This document shows positions 12,406-25,424 of a stretch of 64,000 bases of DNA, in pieces. The stretch lies in NCBI RefSeq assembly GCF_030028105.1, contig NC_092370.1, forward strand, positions 82,294,969 to 82,358,968, written 5' to 3'. The notes beneath the pieces are model-generated. The model was not told the DNA's origin. It did no database searches and was given only the letters and a program-made list of their open reading frames with translations. The position numbers and the translations under genes were made by a program. Every line of letters starts with the position of its first letter. Positions within the stretch are counted from its first letter, which is position 1. Origin of the DNA: Mobula birostris. Taxonomy: Eukaryota.

Positions 12406-14398
12406 TATTGGAATTACAGTATTTGTGGAGAGTAGAGAGTGAGAGAGATAGCAATTATAGGTTAATTTTATTATTACAACTGACACTGATTGTATTTTGA
12501 AGAATGACAGTGAACAAAGATGATGACACTTCAGATATTGGGGGAATCAGGTAGTCTGACGTGTTCAACACTATACGCTCATCTAAATTTTTAGACATCC
12601 CTGGCACCTTCTGTGTTACCAGAGTTTGAGGAGTGCAGATACTTTAGTTTCTAATAACTTGAAATGATAACTGGTTTGTCTTTTGACAGATGCTGTTTGA
12701 TTGGCTGAGTTCTTCCAGCATTTCTCTTTTTGCTTCAGTTATCTTGGTATTGGACCTGGGAGTGAGCGCATTTGAAGAGGCAAAAAGAGCATTTGACTAC
12801 AAAGAAAGACAATTTAAAATAGTGCAGTATACATAACTCAATAATCATTCTCTGTGTCAAAATGTAAATATTAGGTGAGACTACACAGAATGAAATTTTG
12901 AAATTGTGCAGTATAAGTCACCAATTAACTACTATGTAAAAAAAAAATCAATTATTAGCTGAGACTCCACTTGAGTGTTTGTGGATTGTTCAGTCAAATG
13001 TCTAAACTCACTCTAACCAGGAATACTCGACTAAAATGCCAAAGAATCCAGATTGTATCCAAGCACTGAAACATAGGATTTTGCAAAAAAAAATTAAGTC
13101 AATATAAAAACAAAAAAACTACATGTATGATAAACATGCACTTAAGCTTCAGCTTGTTAATGTGAATGTGAAACTTTCACATGTGATTTGTAGGGTTCTG
13201 AAATTCAGCATTAAGTTATAGATAGATGCTAAGTTAATTGCACTCATAGTATTGGAAACAGTAGCAATGAAAAGATGGCTTCCAGATGACTAACTGCCGG
13301 AAGGCCTTGTGTTCCTTCACCTTTGTCCCAGGCTGGAATGCAGTCAGAGGTTGGAAAGTTAAGATATGGGGTGTGGGGGAGGGGGGATTTTGGAGAAAGA
13401 GTTCGTAAAAATAAACCTGCAGTGGCTTCCACATGCACCTTTTTTTAAGGTAATTATTTTTCTTGCCCAATAAAATTACACACACCAAGGAGTATAGCGC
13501 TGTACTGTAACAGCAGGGTATTGAGCATCCATCTGGATGACAGTTGAGATTATTTTTGGCTGTTCTATCTACCTTTTGTACTGTAATTGTGTGGTTTTGC
13601 TGGCAGAAAGATAAAAACAAATGTGCAGAGCTGCTGTTCTGTAAATTGGGTTTAAGTCAATCAGGACCATCTGCTCTACTGTTATTTTCTTAGAAATGTC
13701 ATGCTAAGGTATTTGCATCTCTTTGCATTTACCTAACTACCAACGTCTGTATCTGAAGAGAAGGAAACAGCCTCCTTACACCACTTCTCTTACCTCACTT
13801 TTCCCAAACTGCGGAGATTGAGTCCCTTGCAGAATACTTACTAGCGGTATATACATGTGAAAAGGGACAAGAAAGCTGACCCACTGATCTTATCTTAACC
13901 AGTTCAATGCAACATGTTCTCACAGTGAGACCAAATCCATCCATCAATACACACTCATAATCTCTTGGAAAGTGACAAAAAGAAGTTTTGTCCGTTGCAC
14001 ATTGCCTGTGACCAGATAAGTTTCAGAAATATGCAGTAACTATGACCACTATTCACTTTTATTCCTTTACCATCTGTGCAGAGAGAAACAAAGTTAGTGT
14101 TTAAGGTCAAAGGCCTGCCACATGCCATGCCATGACTTAACACAAGTGTTAAGGGATTACAGCAAGGCACTTAACAAAATCATTTGTAGTCCAGTCATTA
14201 AGTAATGATGACAAAGCCCCAAATAGATTTTTTTAAAATTTGCTTAGTAGTCACATGGATGTAAGGACTTTTTTAAATAATAGTGAAAGCACAGTGTCTC
14301 ATCCTGAGATTCCTTTTCATGTATGTTACAGAAAGAGTATCAACAGTCTTTCCACTGTTACTTCCACTGGCTTCTTCAAATATGCCATGCACTTGCCA

Positions 14399-14808
14399 GG
14401 TCAAGTACAGTTAAGTCAGGTTTATTGTCATACAGGTCCAATGATAAACTTGTAGCATTGTCACAGGAACTTAGATTCAAACAATAACATACATTGTACA
14501 AGTCAATGAAAAAAATGCACAAAATAGGAAATTAATGCAAAAGCACAATTATAACCAAGTTCATCATAGTACAAGTCTGGAGTGTTCCAATGCTGAGGTA
14601 GAGTTAGGTTTGTGCAGGCCGGTTCAAGACAGTGATGATTGAATGAAAATAGCTGTTTCTGAACCTGATGGTGTGGGACTCAAGGCTTCTGTAACTCCTG
14701 CTTGATTGTAGCAGTGAGACGAGGGCATGACTCAGATTGTGGAGATCCTTGATGATAGATCTCACCATCTTGAGGTGCCTCAAGTAGATGCTTTCAATCT
14801 TGGGGAGG
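14399..14808 (-). mobile_element. Rex1/Babar-type LINE 3' fragment
   Basis: ORF 14604-14822 contains SIIKD...SLLQSSRSYRSLESHTIRFRNSYF; 3' UTR with aataaa. Confidence 0.75.
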
Positions 14809-15456
14809 AATGAAAGACACATTAAGAAATAGTTTTTTTATTCATGTGGCCATCACTGGTGATCATTCACTAACTGTTATTACGGGACTGAGGCAAAAGC
14901 AGCCATGATGATAGACGACAAGGCAGCTTGTGGAAAAACTACAGAGTTGAAAACATACCTTGAACAAAATCAAAGACTGAAGTTGTGAATTTTTACCCAA
15001 TCTGATAATGGTGTGAGGCTGAAAGATGGAATTGGTGAAGAGGGAATGGAGATGACCCAAGATCAGGGAACTGATTTTTAACTGATGGTAATTATGGTTT
15101 TTGTAGGAAGGGGCAGGAGAGGCAGTGTGGAAGCTGAGCTAGTTATATGTATGGCTACGAGGAAAACTATGCCGTGTCTTGTGAATGAGGAGAATGAAAG
15201 TCAGAGAATGATCCTGGCTGCACTCCAGAAATAATGATACAGGGCAGGATGAAAATCAGTCTAATAGACTGTGTAAACTGCAGTAGGTTCTGTATATATG
15301 CACGCACAGTATAGCATATAATACAAAATACAGACGTACACAGCAGAGTAAATTTTAAATTGTTCCATTCAGGCCTAAAGATTTAATCGCCATGGAAGAT
15401 TTCTTTTTCTTGTGGGATAACGTTTTTCTTGACAAGGTGGGGGTGGTCACGCAATA

Positions 15457-15895
15457 GTTCAAAGTTCAAAGTAAATTTTATTATCAAAGTACATATACGT
15501 CAACATATAAAACCTCGAGATTTCATTTTCTTGTGGGCATACTCAATAAATCTATAGAATAATAACCATAACAGAAGCAATGAAACTGCCGAACTAGGGC
15601 ATTCAACCAGAGTGCAGAAGACAACAAACTGAGCAAGTACAAAAAGGAGAAATGACAATAATAAGTAAATGAGCAATAAATATTGAGAACATGCGATGAA
15701 TAATCCTTGAAAGTAAGTCCATTGGTTGTGGAAACATTTCAATGGTGGTGCAAGTGATGTTGAGTGAAGTTATCCCCTTTGGTCCAAGAGCCTGATGGTT
15801 GAGGGGTAATAACTATCCTGAACCTGGTGGTGTGAGTCCTGAGGCTATTGTACCTTCTTCTTGATGGCAATAATGAAAAGAGAACATGTCCTGGG
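15457..15895 (-). mobile_element. Rex1/Babar-type LINE 3' fragment
   Basis: Same 3' UTR as 2160-2622 in reverse orientation, with a (TTTGAAC)n tail. Confidence 0.75.
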
Positions 15896-17287
15896 TCACT
15901 CTAGTTGGGAGGTGAGACTTGTGGTGGTGAAACAATCTCAGGTTCTGGGGCCTCCTCCGGGGTGGTTGTAGGAGTTGACTTTGGGACTGTAGAAGATGAT
16001 TCTGACAGCTCCGGACACCTTTCTTCTCTAACAATTGACTCTACTCTCCTCAACTGATCAATGTGTCATCTCCAGATGACATCAGATGCTATCTCCATTT
16101 TGTAGGAGAGTAGTCCAGTTCTGTCCTTAATCTTTAGAAGTACCCATTTTTGACCATCTCGGTAGTCCCTGGCCAGGACTGTTTGTCCAGGAGTGCAACA
16201 TCGAACCTTCTTGTTTGAGGAGCCCTCAATTTGTCTCAGCTGTTTGTCCTGCATACTTCTTCTGAGATTGGGTTTGAGGAAATACAAGTATGAGCACAAG
16301 GGATGACCCGGGAACAGCAGAGCTGGTGAATTGCTGGTTGTGCAGGTTGCTGCATTGTGACATGCAAAGAGGAGACTGGCGAGTTTCTGATTCAGTGTAT
16401 TGTGTTCTGTTGACATTTCTTGCAGCGTGTCCTTCGGAATCTGGACTAATCTTTCCGCCAAGCCATTTGTAGCTGGCTGCCCCGGTGTGGATGTAATAAA
16501 ACTTATTCCGTTCATTTTCAGGAATGACTGAAACTGTTCAGCAAGAAGCTGTGGTCCATTGTCAGTGACTAAGTGTTCTGGAACACAGGTCCATGAGAAG
16601 AAGCTTCTCAGCACATCAGCAGTGTGCGAGGCTATAGTGGGGGCTATTGTGAACACTTCTGGCCATAGAGTAGCTGCGTCCACTACTACCAAGAACTTTG
16701 TGCTCATGAGTGACCCAGCAAAGTCCACATGAATCCTCTGCCAGGGCAATGCAGGCCATTCCCAGGGATGGAGAGGTGCTGCTCTTGGCATGTTCTGAAT
16801 GTGTTGGCATACCAAACAATACATGGCAAGCTGCTTGATCTGCTGATCTCTCCCAGACCACCAGACAAAGCTTTGAGACAACACTTTTATTTTGACCACG
16901 CCTAGATGACTCCAACACTTTTGCTCTCACCTTGGATGGTACAACTCTCAATCCCTAGATAAGCAACTCCTGTAATGGGCAATTTCATCCTGACACAGGT
17001 AAAAATGGGGGAACTGGAATTTCTGCTGCACATTCCAGCCATTTTGGGTTGTCATGTACCCTGAGACAGTGTGGGCTCTTTTCTCGTTTCCCTTTGAATC
17101 AATAGGGAGACGTTTGATTTGCATTAGGGAGAATACGTCAAGAGGGGTGTTTGTAAATTTTCAGGTTATTTCCTTTTCCAAGCTTAAATGGGACAATCCA
17201 TCAGAATTTCCATGATTAGTTATCCAAGCAATACAGACAAAATGCTGGAGGGACTCAGCAGGCTAGGCAGATTTTCTCTTGTTTACT

Positions 17288-17560
17288 TAAGAACATAAAA
17301 AATAGGAGCAAGAGTAGGCTATCTGGCCTGCCGCGCCTGATCTACCATTCATAAGATCATGTCTGATCTGGCCATGGACTCATCTCCACCTACTTGCCTT
17401 TTCCCCATAACCCTTAATTCCCTTACTATGCAAAAATCTATCCAACCTTCTCTTAAATATATTTACTGAGGTAACCTCCACTGCTTCATTGGGCAGAGAA
17501 CTCCATAGATACACTACTCTCTGGGAAAAGCAGTTTCTCCTCATCTCCATTCTAAATCTA
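17288..17560 (-). mobile_element. CR1 3' fragment inserted into the Gypsy element
   Basis: FRMEMRRNCFSQRVV...LDRFLHSKGIKGYG plus CR1 3' UTR. Confidence 0.8.
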
Positions 17561-18395
17561 CTCTTTGTATGTGTCCTATTTTGTTGCATTTTCTGCAGCT
17601 TTCGCATGTATTGGTGTGGTGTACGTGAGCCCCTGCCACAACGGTAACACAATTTGTTTGGCCAGGCAGGTTTCCGTTTAATTATTGCAATTTTGCTCAT
17701 GCTCACTTTCATTCCTAACTACAATGAATTGTGCTTCTGGCTCCTTGATACAGGGATTTCCACTATTCTTTTAAATGTGTGATGCGCTTCAGTTAGCCGT
17801 TTTTGAATACTTTCTTGTAAGATTCTACAAATGTAACAATCTCTCAGTGCATCATTAAGCCCATCACTGAACTGTCAATGCTCAGAAAATGTCTTCAGTT
17901 CAGTCACATAAGCTGAAATAGACATTCCTTTGTGTTGATTCTGCTTATGAAACAAAGTGTTCTGCAGTCAACAGTGGTTTCAGTTTAAAATGTTCCTGCA
18001 TTGCCTTCACAATATCAGAAAGGCTCATTTCAGTTGGTTTGGTTGTAGCAGTTGAACTTCTAAGCAAACTATCCCACCCACTGCACTCAGCAACACTGGC
18101 AGTCATTTTTCATTTGCTTCAAAATACTGCTCAATTTGTTCAGTATGCATCATCCAGTTATCTGTTGTGCAATTGATCATGTCTATCTTTCAGCCATTTT
18201 TAAAAATTAATATTATTCTCATCACTAGATACTCACTTTTGATAAACCCGAGGCCGTACTTGTGCTTGTTAATTTCATCCAATTTCTGCCTTCTTAATTG
18301 TTCAAATGTTTCTCTTCCCTTCCAAAGAAAAACGTGCTGCGCTTCAACAGGTGGGCAGTCATGTTGGGTTTGTTTTAAAACTTTCTCATTGCCAC

Positions 18396-18616
18396 TGTTA
18401 TGTTTATAACTCCAGAAACGAATTGAAAGAAAATCACGGGATCGGGATACTTGTCTACTTAGTTTTTTTTACTTTTTCTCGTGAGGCGCTTACATATGAT
18501 GTGGCATAATGATGTATACTATTCATGTACTTCTTACATGTAACCCATAATGAATGAACTAAACAAACAAAGAAACAATGTATTTACAATATTATTCAAA
18601 TATTGAAAATACTACA
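18396..18616 (-). repeat. Gypsy 5' LTR (~221 bp)
   Basis: tgttat...actaca termini, adjacent to the PBS-like sequence and gag. Confidence 0.65.
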
Positions 18617-18701
18617 TATTCCTTTTCTGCTTCATAGATTTAAAATACTAGGAAAGTTCTTGAATTCTTTATTGGATAATACCTCCACAGAAACTCCGGT
18701 A

Positions 18702-19473
18702 CAGGTTTCCCCCACCATCCGAAGGTAGAGTGTTCCTATGAAACGGTTCATAAGCTGGAATGTTGTAAAGTGAAGAAGCAATTACCATTTATTTATATGG
18801 GAAAATTTTGTGAGCATTCGCAGACCCAAAAATAACCTACCAAATCATGCCAAATAACACATAAAACCTAAGATAGCAATAACATATAGTAAAAGCAGGA
18901 GTGATATGATAAGTACACAGCCTATATAAAGTAGAAATACTTCTCCACAATAGTTGCCTGCACTGTCCACCGTAGCGAAAATCTCACGCAGTCACTTTCG
19001 GTCCGTTCGCTACTGCATTCGGTTTCGATTGTTAACCTTTCCTCTTCCAATTGCATCAGCTCTTCATCTATCAGTTCTTGGTCATGGGGTATCAAAATCT
19101 CTTCAACATCATCATCATCAATTTCCACAAGCCAAACTCACTTTGTCCTTACGTCGTTCACCACGATCCAAAAGCCTAATTATGTCCAGTTTTATGTTAA
19201 GTGTAACACCCTTACGAGCTCTTTTAGGCTTTTCCGATACCTTAGAACTCACCTTGCTAACGGATGCTCACAGGCACGTGTTTAAGCATTGCCGGCTAGA
19301 ATGCAGTTCCCGGGGAAAGCAGCTGCTCGGGGTGCGTGCTGCCTTCTTTTTGCGCGCTGCCTTTTTTCGTAACAGTGAAAACATCTCCTGTTAGCGAAAA
19401 TAGGTAACTAATGTAGGTCTTTCGTAACAGTGAGGTTTCGTAAAGCGAACGTTCAAAAAGCAGGGGACACCTG
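18702..19473 (-). mobile_element. Tigger/pogo internal-deletion derivative (non-autonomous)
   Basis: TA|CAGGTTTCCCC ... GGGGACACCTG|TA termini. The minus strand keeps the CENP-B-like N-terminus (KRARKGVTLNIKLDII...GER) fused to the acidic C-terminus (DDDVEEIL...ELIDEELMQLEEE). Confidence 0.8.
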
Positions 19474-21825
19474 TAATAGAAACAAACCATATCTAGCAGG
19501 TCATTCAGTATCTGTGGAGGGACACAGAGTTCATGCCACATATTGAATTACCTTTCACTTGAACTGTTTATTGTTTCTCTCTGCAAGGTGCTGCCTGATC
19601 TACTGAATACTTCTAGCATTTTCTGTATTTTTTTCATATTTTTAGCATCTACCTTTTTTAATTTCAATTACTGCAGAAACTCGGGGTTAAGTCACATGTT
19701 CAAAGCCCCTTCTGACTTTCATACTCAGGGTGTTGTAGGTTCCATCCAGTTCCTGTCTTGTAAGTAGTGTGCCTAAAATATATGTAAAGACTTCTGCTCA
19801 GAAGTAGTGGAAGGTGTCTTAATTTTTTAATGTTCGTGACTGTCCAGTTGGTTTATTACCATGGTAAGATCTTAAAGCCTATCCAGTGAGGAATATTTTG
19901 AATTCCATCATAAATTGAAGTTTCAGTCTTGCATTTCACAAACGTGGACTGGTAATTGAATACTTTCAAGCTTTTTTTTGTCGAGTAAATTCTCCCAGCT
20001 TTTCCCCTTTTCACTTTCTTGATGATCATTTACTTACTTGGCTTTTATGAGTGTCATTTAACTTTGCTTCTGTGTCTTAATTTTAACCATAAATCCCCAT
20101 AACCATGGAGAAGTTCAGATGAACAGAGCTGCTATTATCATTCAGATTGGATTCATATTATTTATTGTCATGTACACCAGAGTGCAATGAAATTTTGTTT
20201 CTCACATGAAGCTCACATTGTAAACAGTGCAAGTGGTAATAATGAATACGGCAATAAATACAGGGATGAGTGCAAGAACAATGGAATGGTGCAAAATATA
20301 TCAGTGCAAAGTGTGGTAGTGTAAAAAGAAATGCTAAAGTGACATAATGGAAGAAGTAGAATTCAGGGTTTGAGAATGGGCAGCACCACTGGATAGGGGA
20401 TTTGAAAGAGGTGATGGTTCAGAGTTATCATATGCTGTTGATTCATAATGAATGCATATGATGAAAGTTTTAATTAAAAAATGAAACAATTAGTTGAAAA
20501 ATCCTCTGCATGTTATTGATACTGTAAAGCTTCAAATTGCTGCCCTGCTTATGCTCACTGCCCCAGTTGATATTTTTGCTTTAGTTATTCTTTAAATATA
20601 TTTCCAAAATTTTAGTCTAATTATATATACCAAAAAAGGTTGATATTATTCCCACATTTTGACTTTGTATTTTTTTAAAATTACTTAATGCTGAAGATCT
20701 GTTTTGTGTTAGATTAAATCAAAAAGAGTCTGAAAGAGAATGCCACTAAAATTTCAAAGTTATCAAATAAAACAAAATTAATGTCTGATATGCACAAGAG
20801 GGAAACTAGAATGAAAAGTGATGTCAGCTGTCTTCACAGTGCTTTGCAGCGTCTAGTCGGGGTAAATGTTGTGCTGCTGTACTTTACTGTATTATAGAAA
20901 ATAATAAAGTTCTCTCTTGTAAACTGAAAGCCCATGCCTGTGGACTGAATGGTCATTCTGCATGTTATTTCAAGCATTTTCAATGTTTGAGTAAAAGGAA
21001 CTACGGTTAGGTTATCTGCCTTATTATTTGCTGTTTTAAATTAATAAAGATGTACACAACAACATCAAAATGTCCTTAATGTCAGAAGTGTACAAAATCA
21101 TTATATGAGAGCAATCTGTAACTCCCTAGTCTCAGGTTTCTTTCATTTTATTTGAATTGTATTATCTTGTTTGCAGTTTCAAATGCTTTGTGGTAAAATT
21201 ACAGTGCAGGTAATAATTTGCAGATGTAACAATAGCTGTAATGTGAGCTGTATCCATTTACTGAAACTGAGCTGGGATCTGCTACTGGGTGCTGGGGGAA
21301 GGATGTGGTTTTTGCAAGTGTTGGGCTAAATCCTTTCTGTTCATCATTTTAGAAATGTGTTTTGAAGAAAATATGGCTTTTGTCTATGTTTAATTAGAGT
21401 TGGAATGATTATAGTGTGGAAGGAGATCATTCAGCCCATCAAGTCTGTATCAGTTCCATGTTACATCAATCTCATTTATCCCACTCACTTGGCCTCTCTC
21501 TGTATCCTTGTGAATTCTTTCCTTCCAAATACTTATCCATCTCCCTTTTGGATGCTATAATTGTATCTGCTTCCTCTGCTCCCCCTGCAGCGCATTCCAC
21601 ACCCTAACCACTGGCTGTGTAAAAAAAGTAATTCCTCATGTTAGTTTTACTTCTTTCTCAGCCACCTTCACTCTGTGCCTCTTTGTTCTCGACCTTACAT
21701 TAACGAGAACAGTTTTTTCCTATCTACTGTGTCTGTTACCTTTGTGATTTTACATAGCTGCGAACTCTCCTCACAACCTCCTCAGTTACAAGGAGAACAA
21801 ATCTGGTCTCTCCAGTAGTATATTA

Positions 21826-23431
21826 GAGTGGCATGCAAAAGTTTGGGCACCCCTGGTCAAAATTTCTGTTACTGTGAATAGTTAAGTGAGTAGAAGTTGA
21901 ACTGATCTCCAAAAGTCATAAAGTTAAAGATGACACATTCTTTTCAACATTTTAAGCAAGATTATTGTATTATTTTTGTTTTTTACAATTTTAGAGTGAA
22001 AAAAAAGAAAGGAGCACCATGCAGAAGTTTGGGCACCCAAACAGATTTGAGCTCTCAGATAACTTTTACCAAGGTCTCAGACCTTAATTAGCTTGTTAGG
22101 GCTATGGCTTGTTCACAATCATCGTTAGGAAAGGCCAGGTGATGCAAATTTCAAAGCTTTATAAATACGCTGACTCCTCAAACCTTGTCCCAACAATCAG
22201 CAGCCATGGGCTCCTCTAAGCAGCTGCCTACCACTCTGAAAATTAAAATAAATGATGCCCACAAAGCAGGTGAAGGCTATAAGAAGATAGCAAAGCATTT
22301 TCAGGTGGCCGTTTCCTCAGTTCATAGTGTAATTAAGAAATGGCAGTTAACAGGACTGGTGGAGGTCAAGTGGAGGTCTGGAAGATGAAGAAAACTTTCC
22401 GAGAGAACTGCTCGTAGGATTGCTAGAAAGGCTACGAGCAAAAGACCTTCAGGAAGATTTAGCAGACTCTGGAGTGGGGGTGCACTGTTCTGCTGTGCAG
22501 TGACACCTGCACAAATATGACCTTCATGGAAGAGTCATTAGAAGAAAACCTTTCCTGCATCCTCACCACAAAATTCAGTGTCAGAAGTTTGCAAAGGAAC
22601 ATCTGAGTAAGCCTGATGCACTTTGGAAACAAGTCCTGTGGACTGATGAAGTTAAAATAGAAATTTTTGGTCGCAATGAGCAAAGGTATGTTTGGAGAAA
22701 AAAGTGCGCAGAATTTCATGAAAAGAACACCTCTCCAACTGTTAAGCACGGGGGTGGATCGATCATGCTTTGGGCTTGTGTTGCAGCCAGTGGCACAGGG
22801 AACATTTCACTGGTAGAGGGAAGAATGAATTCAATTAAATACCAGCAAATTCTGGAAGCAAACATCACACCATCTGTAAAAAAGCTGAAGATGAAAAGAG
22901 GATGGCTTCTACAACAGGATAATGATCCTAAATACAGCTCAACATCCACAATGGACTACCTCAAGAGGCACAAGCTGAAAGTTTTGCCATGGGCCTCACA
23001 GTCCCCCGACCTAAACATCATCGAAAATCTGTGGATAGACCTCAAAAGAGCAGTGCATGCAAGACGGCCCAAGAATCTCACAGAACTAGAAGCCTTTTAC
23101 AAGGAAGAATGGGCGAAAATCCCCCAAACAGGAGTTGAAAGACTCTTAGCTGGCTGCAGAAAGCGTTTACAAGCTGTGATACTTGCCAAAGGGGGTGTTA
23201 CTAAGTACTGACCATGCAGGGTGCCCAAACTTTTCCTTCAGGCCCTTATCCTTTTTTGTTATTTTGAAACTGTAAAAGATGGAAATAAAAAAGTAATCTT
23301 GCTTAAAATATTAAAGAAGTGTGTCATCTTTAACTTTATGCCTTTTGGAAATCAGGTCATCTTTTACTCGCTTAGCTATTCACAGTGACAGAAATTTTGA
23401 CCAGGGGTGCTCAAACTTTTGCATACCACTG
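21826..23431 (+). mobile_element. Complete Tc1-like DNA transposon (IR/DR type, DD34E), 1606 bp, inactive
   Basis: TA TSDs at 21824-21825 and 23432-23433; ~200-bp TIRs with internal direct repeats (GCAxAAGTTTGGGCACCC). Confidence 0.95.
22206..23211 (+). pseudogene. Tc1 transposase pseudogene
   Basis: Paired-like domain MGSSKQL...GEGYKKIAK...RSGR*. Catalytic WTDE / QDND / SPDLNIIE, with 34 residues between the second D and E. Premature stops and a small deletion. Confidence 0.92.
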
Positions 23432-23830
23432 TAAAATCCTGCAGATGTTATAAATCTATAATGAAAATAGAAAATGCCAGCAACAGTCAGCAAGTGAGGC
23501 AGCATCTTTAGAAAGGGAAACATAGTTAACATCTCAGGTCAAAGGACTGGTATTGAATATTTTTGATATTGTCTGTCTATTTCTGTGCCTCCCAGATAAC
23601 TTAAGTCCCTAATCCTTTTCCTTAAGTGTCAGGTCTAGAACCGTACAAGTCATGGGGCAAGCATAGGATGATAGGATCTCAAAATCTATGTATACCATGC
23701 ATGGCTGAAGCCTTTCCACCCACTGATCAAAAGTAAATTCATTGTATGCTGGTCATATATGAGCTGAGAGAACTTGTGGTGATACAGCTTTGGCAATGTC
23801 TTCTGTGTGTCAAGATTTCTTGACATATCG

Positions 23831-23961
23831 GCTCCCACGTTCTTGATTTCTTCCTTAAGTCTGTACATTCATGTTCTAGAAGTAATTAGGAGGTAGCTCC
23901 CACGTTCTTGATTTCTTCCTTTAAGTCTGTACATTCATGTTCTAGAAGTAATTAGGAGGTA
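23831..23961. repeat. Tandem duplication of 65/66 bp
   Basis: gctcccacgttcttgatttcttcctt(t)aagtctgtacattcatgttctagaagtaattaggaggta occurs twice, differing by one T. Confidence 0.95.
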
Positions 23962-24034
23962 GGCCTACATCATTTCAGTTCTAAACCAGTCAGCAGAAGA
24001 TTTGAAAATGGATTCCAAAGACACCTGTTTATTG

Positions 24035-24520
24035 GTCATAGAGTCATGGAGTTACTGTATATAACATGGAAGCAGGCTCATTTGGCTCAACTCATCCATG
24101 CAAACCAAAATGTCTATTTGAATTGTCCCATTTGCCCACATTTCACCTATAACCCTCTAAAACTTATTTTATTCATGTACTGTTCAAATGTGTTTTAAAC
24201 ATTATAATTTGTGCATAGCACGAACAGGTTGTTTCAGATTACCACCACCTGTGGGAAAAAGTTTCCTCTTAAGTCCCTTTTAAATCTTTCCCCTCTCATC
24301 TTAAACCTATACTATCTAATTTAGACTCTCCTGCTCTAGGTATAGCATTGTGACCATTCATTTTATTTTTGCTCAGCATAATTTTATACTTCTCAACATG
24401 TCACCTTCCTGCTCCCTCTGCTCCAAGGAAAAATGTTCTAGCCTTTCCAGCCTCTTCTCATTATTCAAACCTTCTAGTCCTGGTAACATTATCATGAATC
24501 TTTCCTGCCCCTTTTCCATG
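24035..24520 (-). mobile_element. Decayed CR1 3' fragment
   Basis: Reverse complement of the CR1 ORF2 C-terminus and 3' UTR. Confidence 0.65.
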
Positions 24521-25424
24521 ATCATTGAGGACCTTGATAAAGTTCAGATATTTCTAAAGGACTCCACCAACAGTAGTGAGTACCTCACAGGAACAACACC
24601 AGTCAGGAACAACTGAACAAGTTTGGGAATCTTTATACGAGAACAGAAATAGACTGAGGGGCAGACATTGAAATGACAGAGAGACACATATTGTCTTTGT
24701 TTAATGAGAATTATCAAAATGCAAAATACTATTGTGTATTATATAAATACGGATCAGTCATCAGTAAATCCAGAAAGGCACAGAGATCTTGGTTTTTTAC
24801 CAAGTGAGTTGGTCTGTAAGCTGTTACTGAGCCATAGGAATTATTTCCTGTGACTCTGCTTCTGTAGACTGCTGTCACTAATGTGAGAATTTCTGAACTT
24901 ATTTAAACAAGTAAAAAAACATAAGGACAAGGATAAAGAAAGGCTTAGAGGGACATGGGCAACATGGTCAACATGAACAAGGAGGACCAGAGGGCCTGTT
25001 TCCATGTTGCTCTATGATTCTATAATTCTCTCTGATACTAAGAAATATTGTAAAAAAGTTCTTAAAACATTATTATGTACTAGAGATTAAAGTAACCATG
25101 AAAAAGATTATGCAAAGTGAGTCACTGGATTTTGGCAAAAGTCGAAATTACTTGTGTTACCCAAAGGCAGTTGGGGAAATAAACAGAATCTTTCCAATCA
25201 AGGTAAGCTCTATGTAATTCATGCATAAAGCTGAGTGCTACTTCAGCCCTAGACTTGTGGCTGAGTACAACAACAGAATGGTGATATCTGACTTTCACCT
25301 CATCCTTGATGCAAACATTAGGTAGAATATAGAACATAGAACAGTACAGCGTAGGAACATGTGCCTGTTTAACAGCCTTGGATACAGAATTTATTTAATT
25401 ATTTATCTACTTGTTTATTTAAAT

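Larger units (their letters stand above)
15896..18616 (-). mobile_element. Gypsy (Mag-like) LTR retrotransposon remnant: 5' LTR, gag, integrase; PR/RT missing
   Basis: Integrase ORF 16066-16899 (CLVC zinc finger, PWQRIHVDFAG, VTDNGPQ, NGLAER). Gag knuckle CYRCG near 17640. LTR with TG..CA termini at 18396-18616, followed on the minus strand by PBS-like GTGGCAATGAG. Confidence 0.85.

Noticed and set aside
13366-13387. G-run clusters (also ~61677-61696) as G-quadruplexes
   Set aside because: Short, common, and without supporting context.
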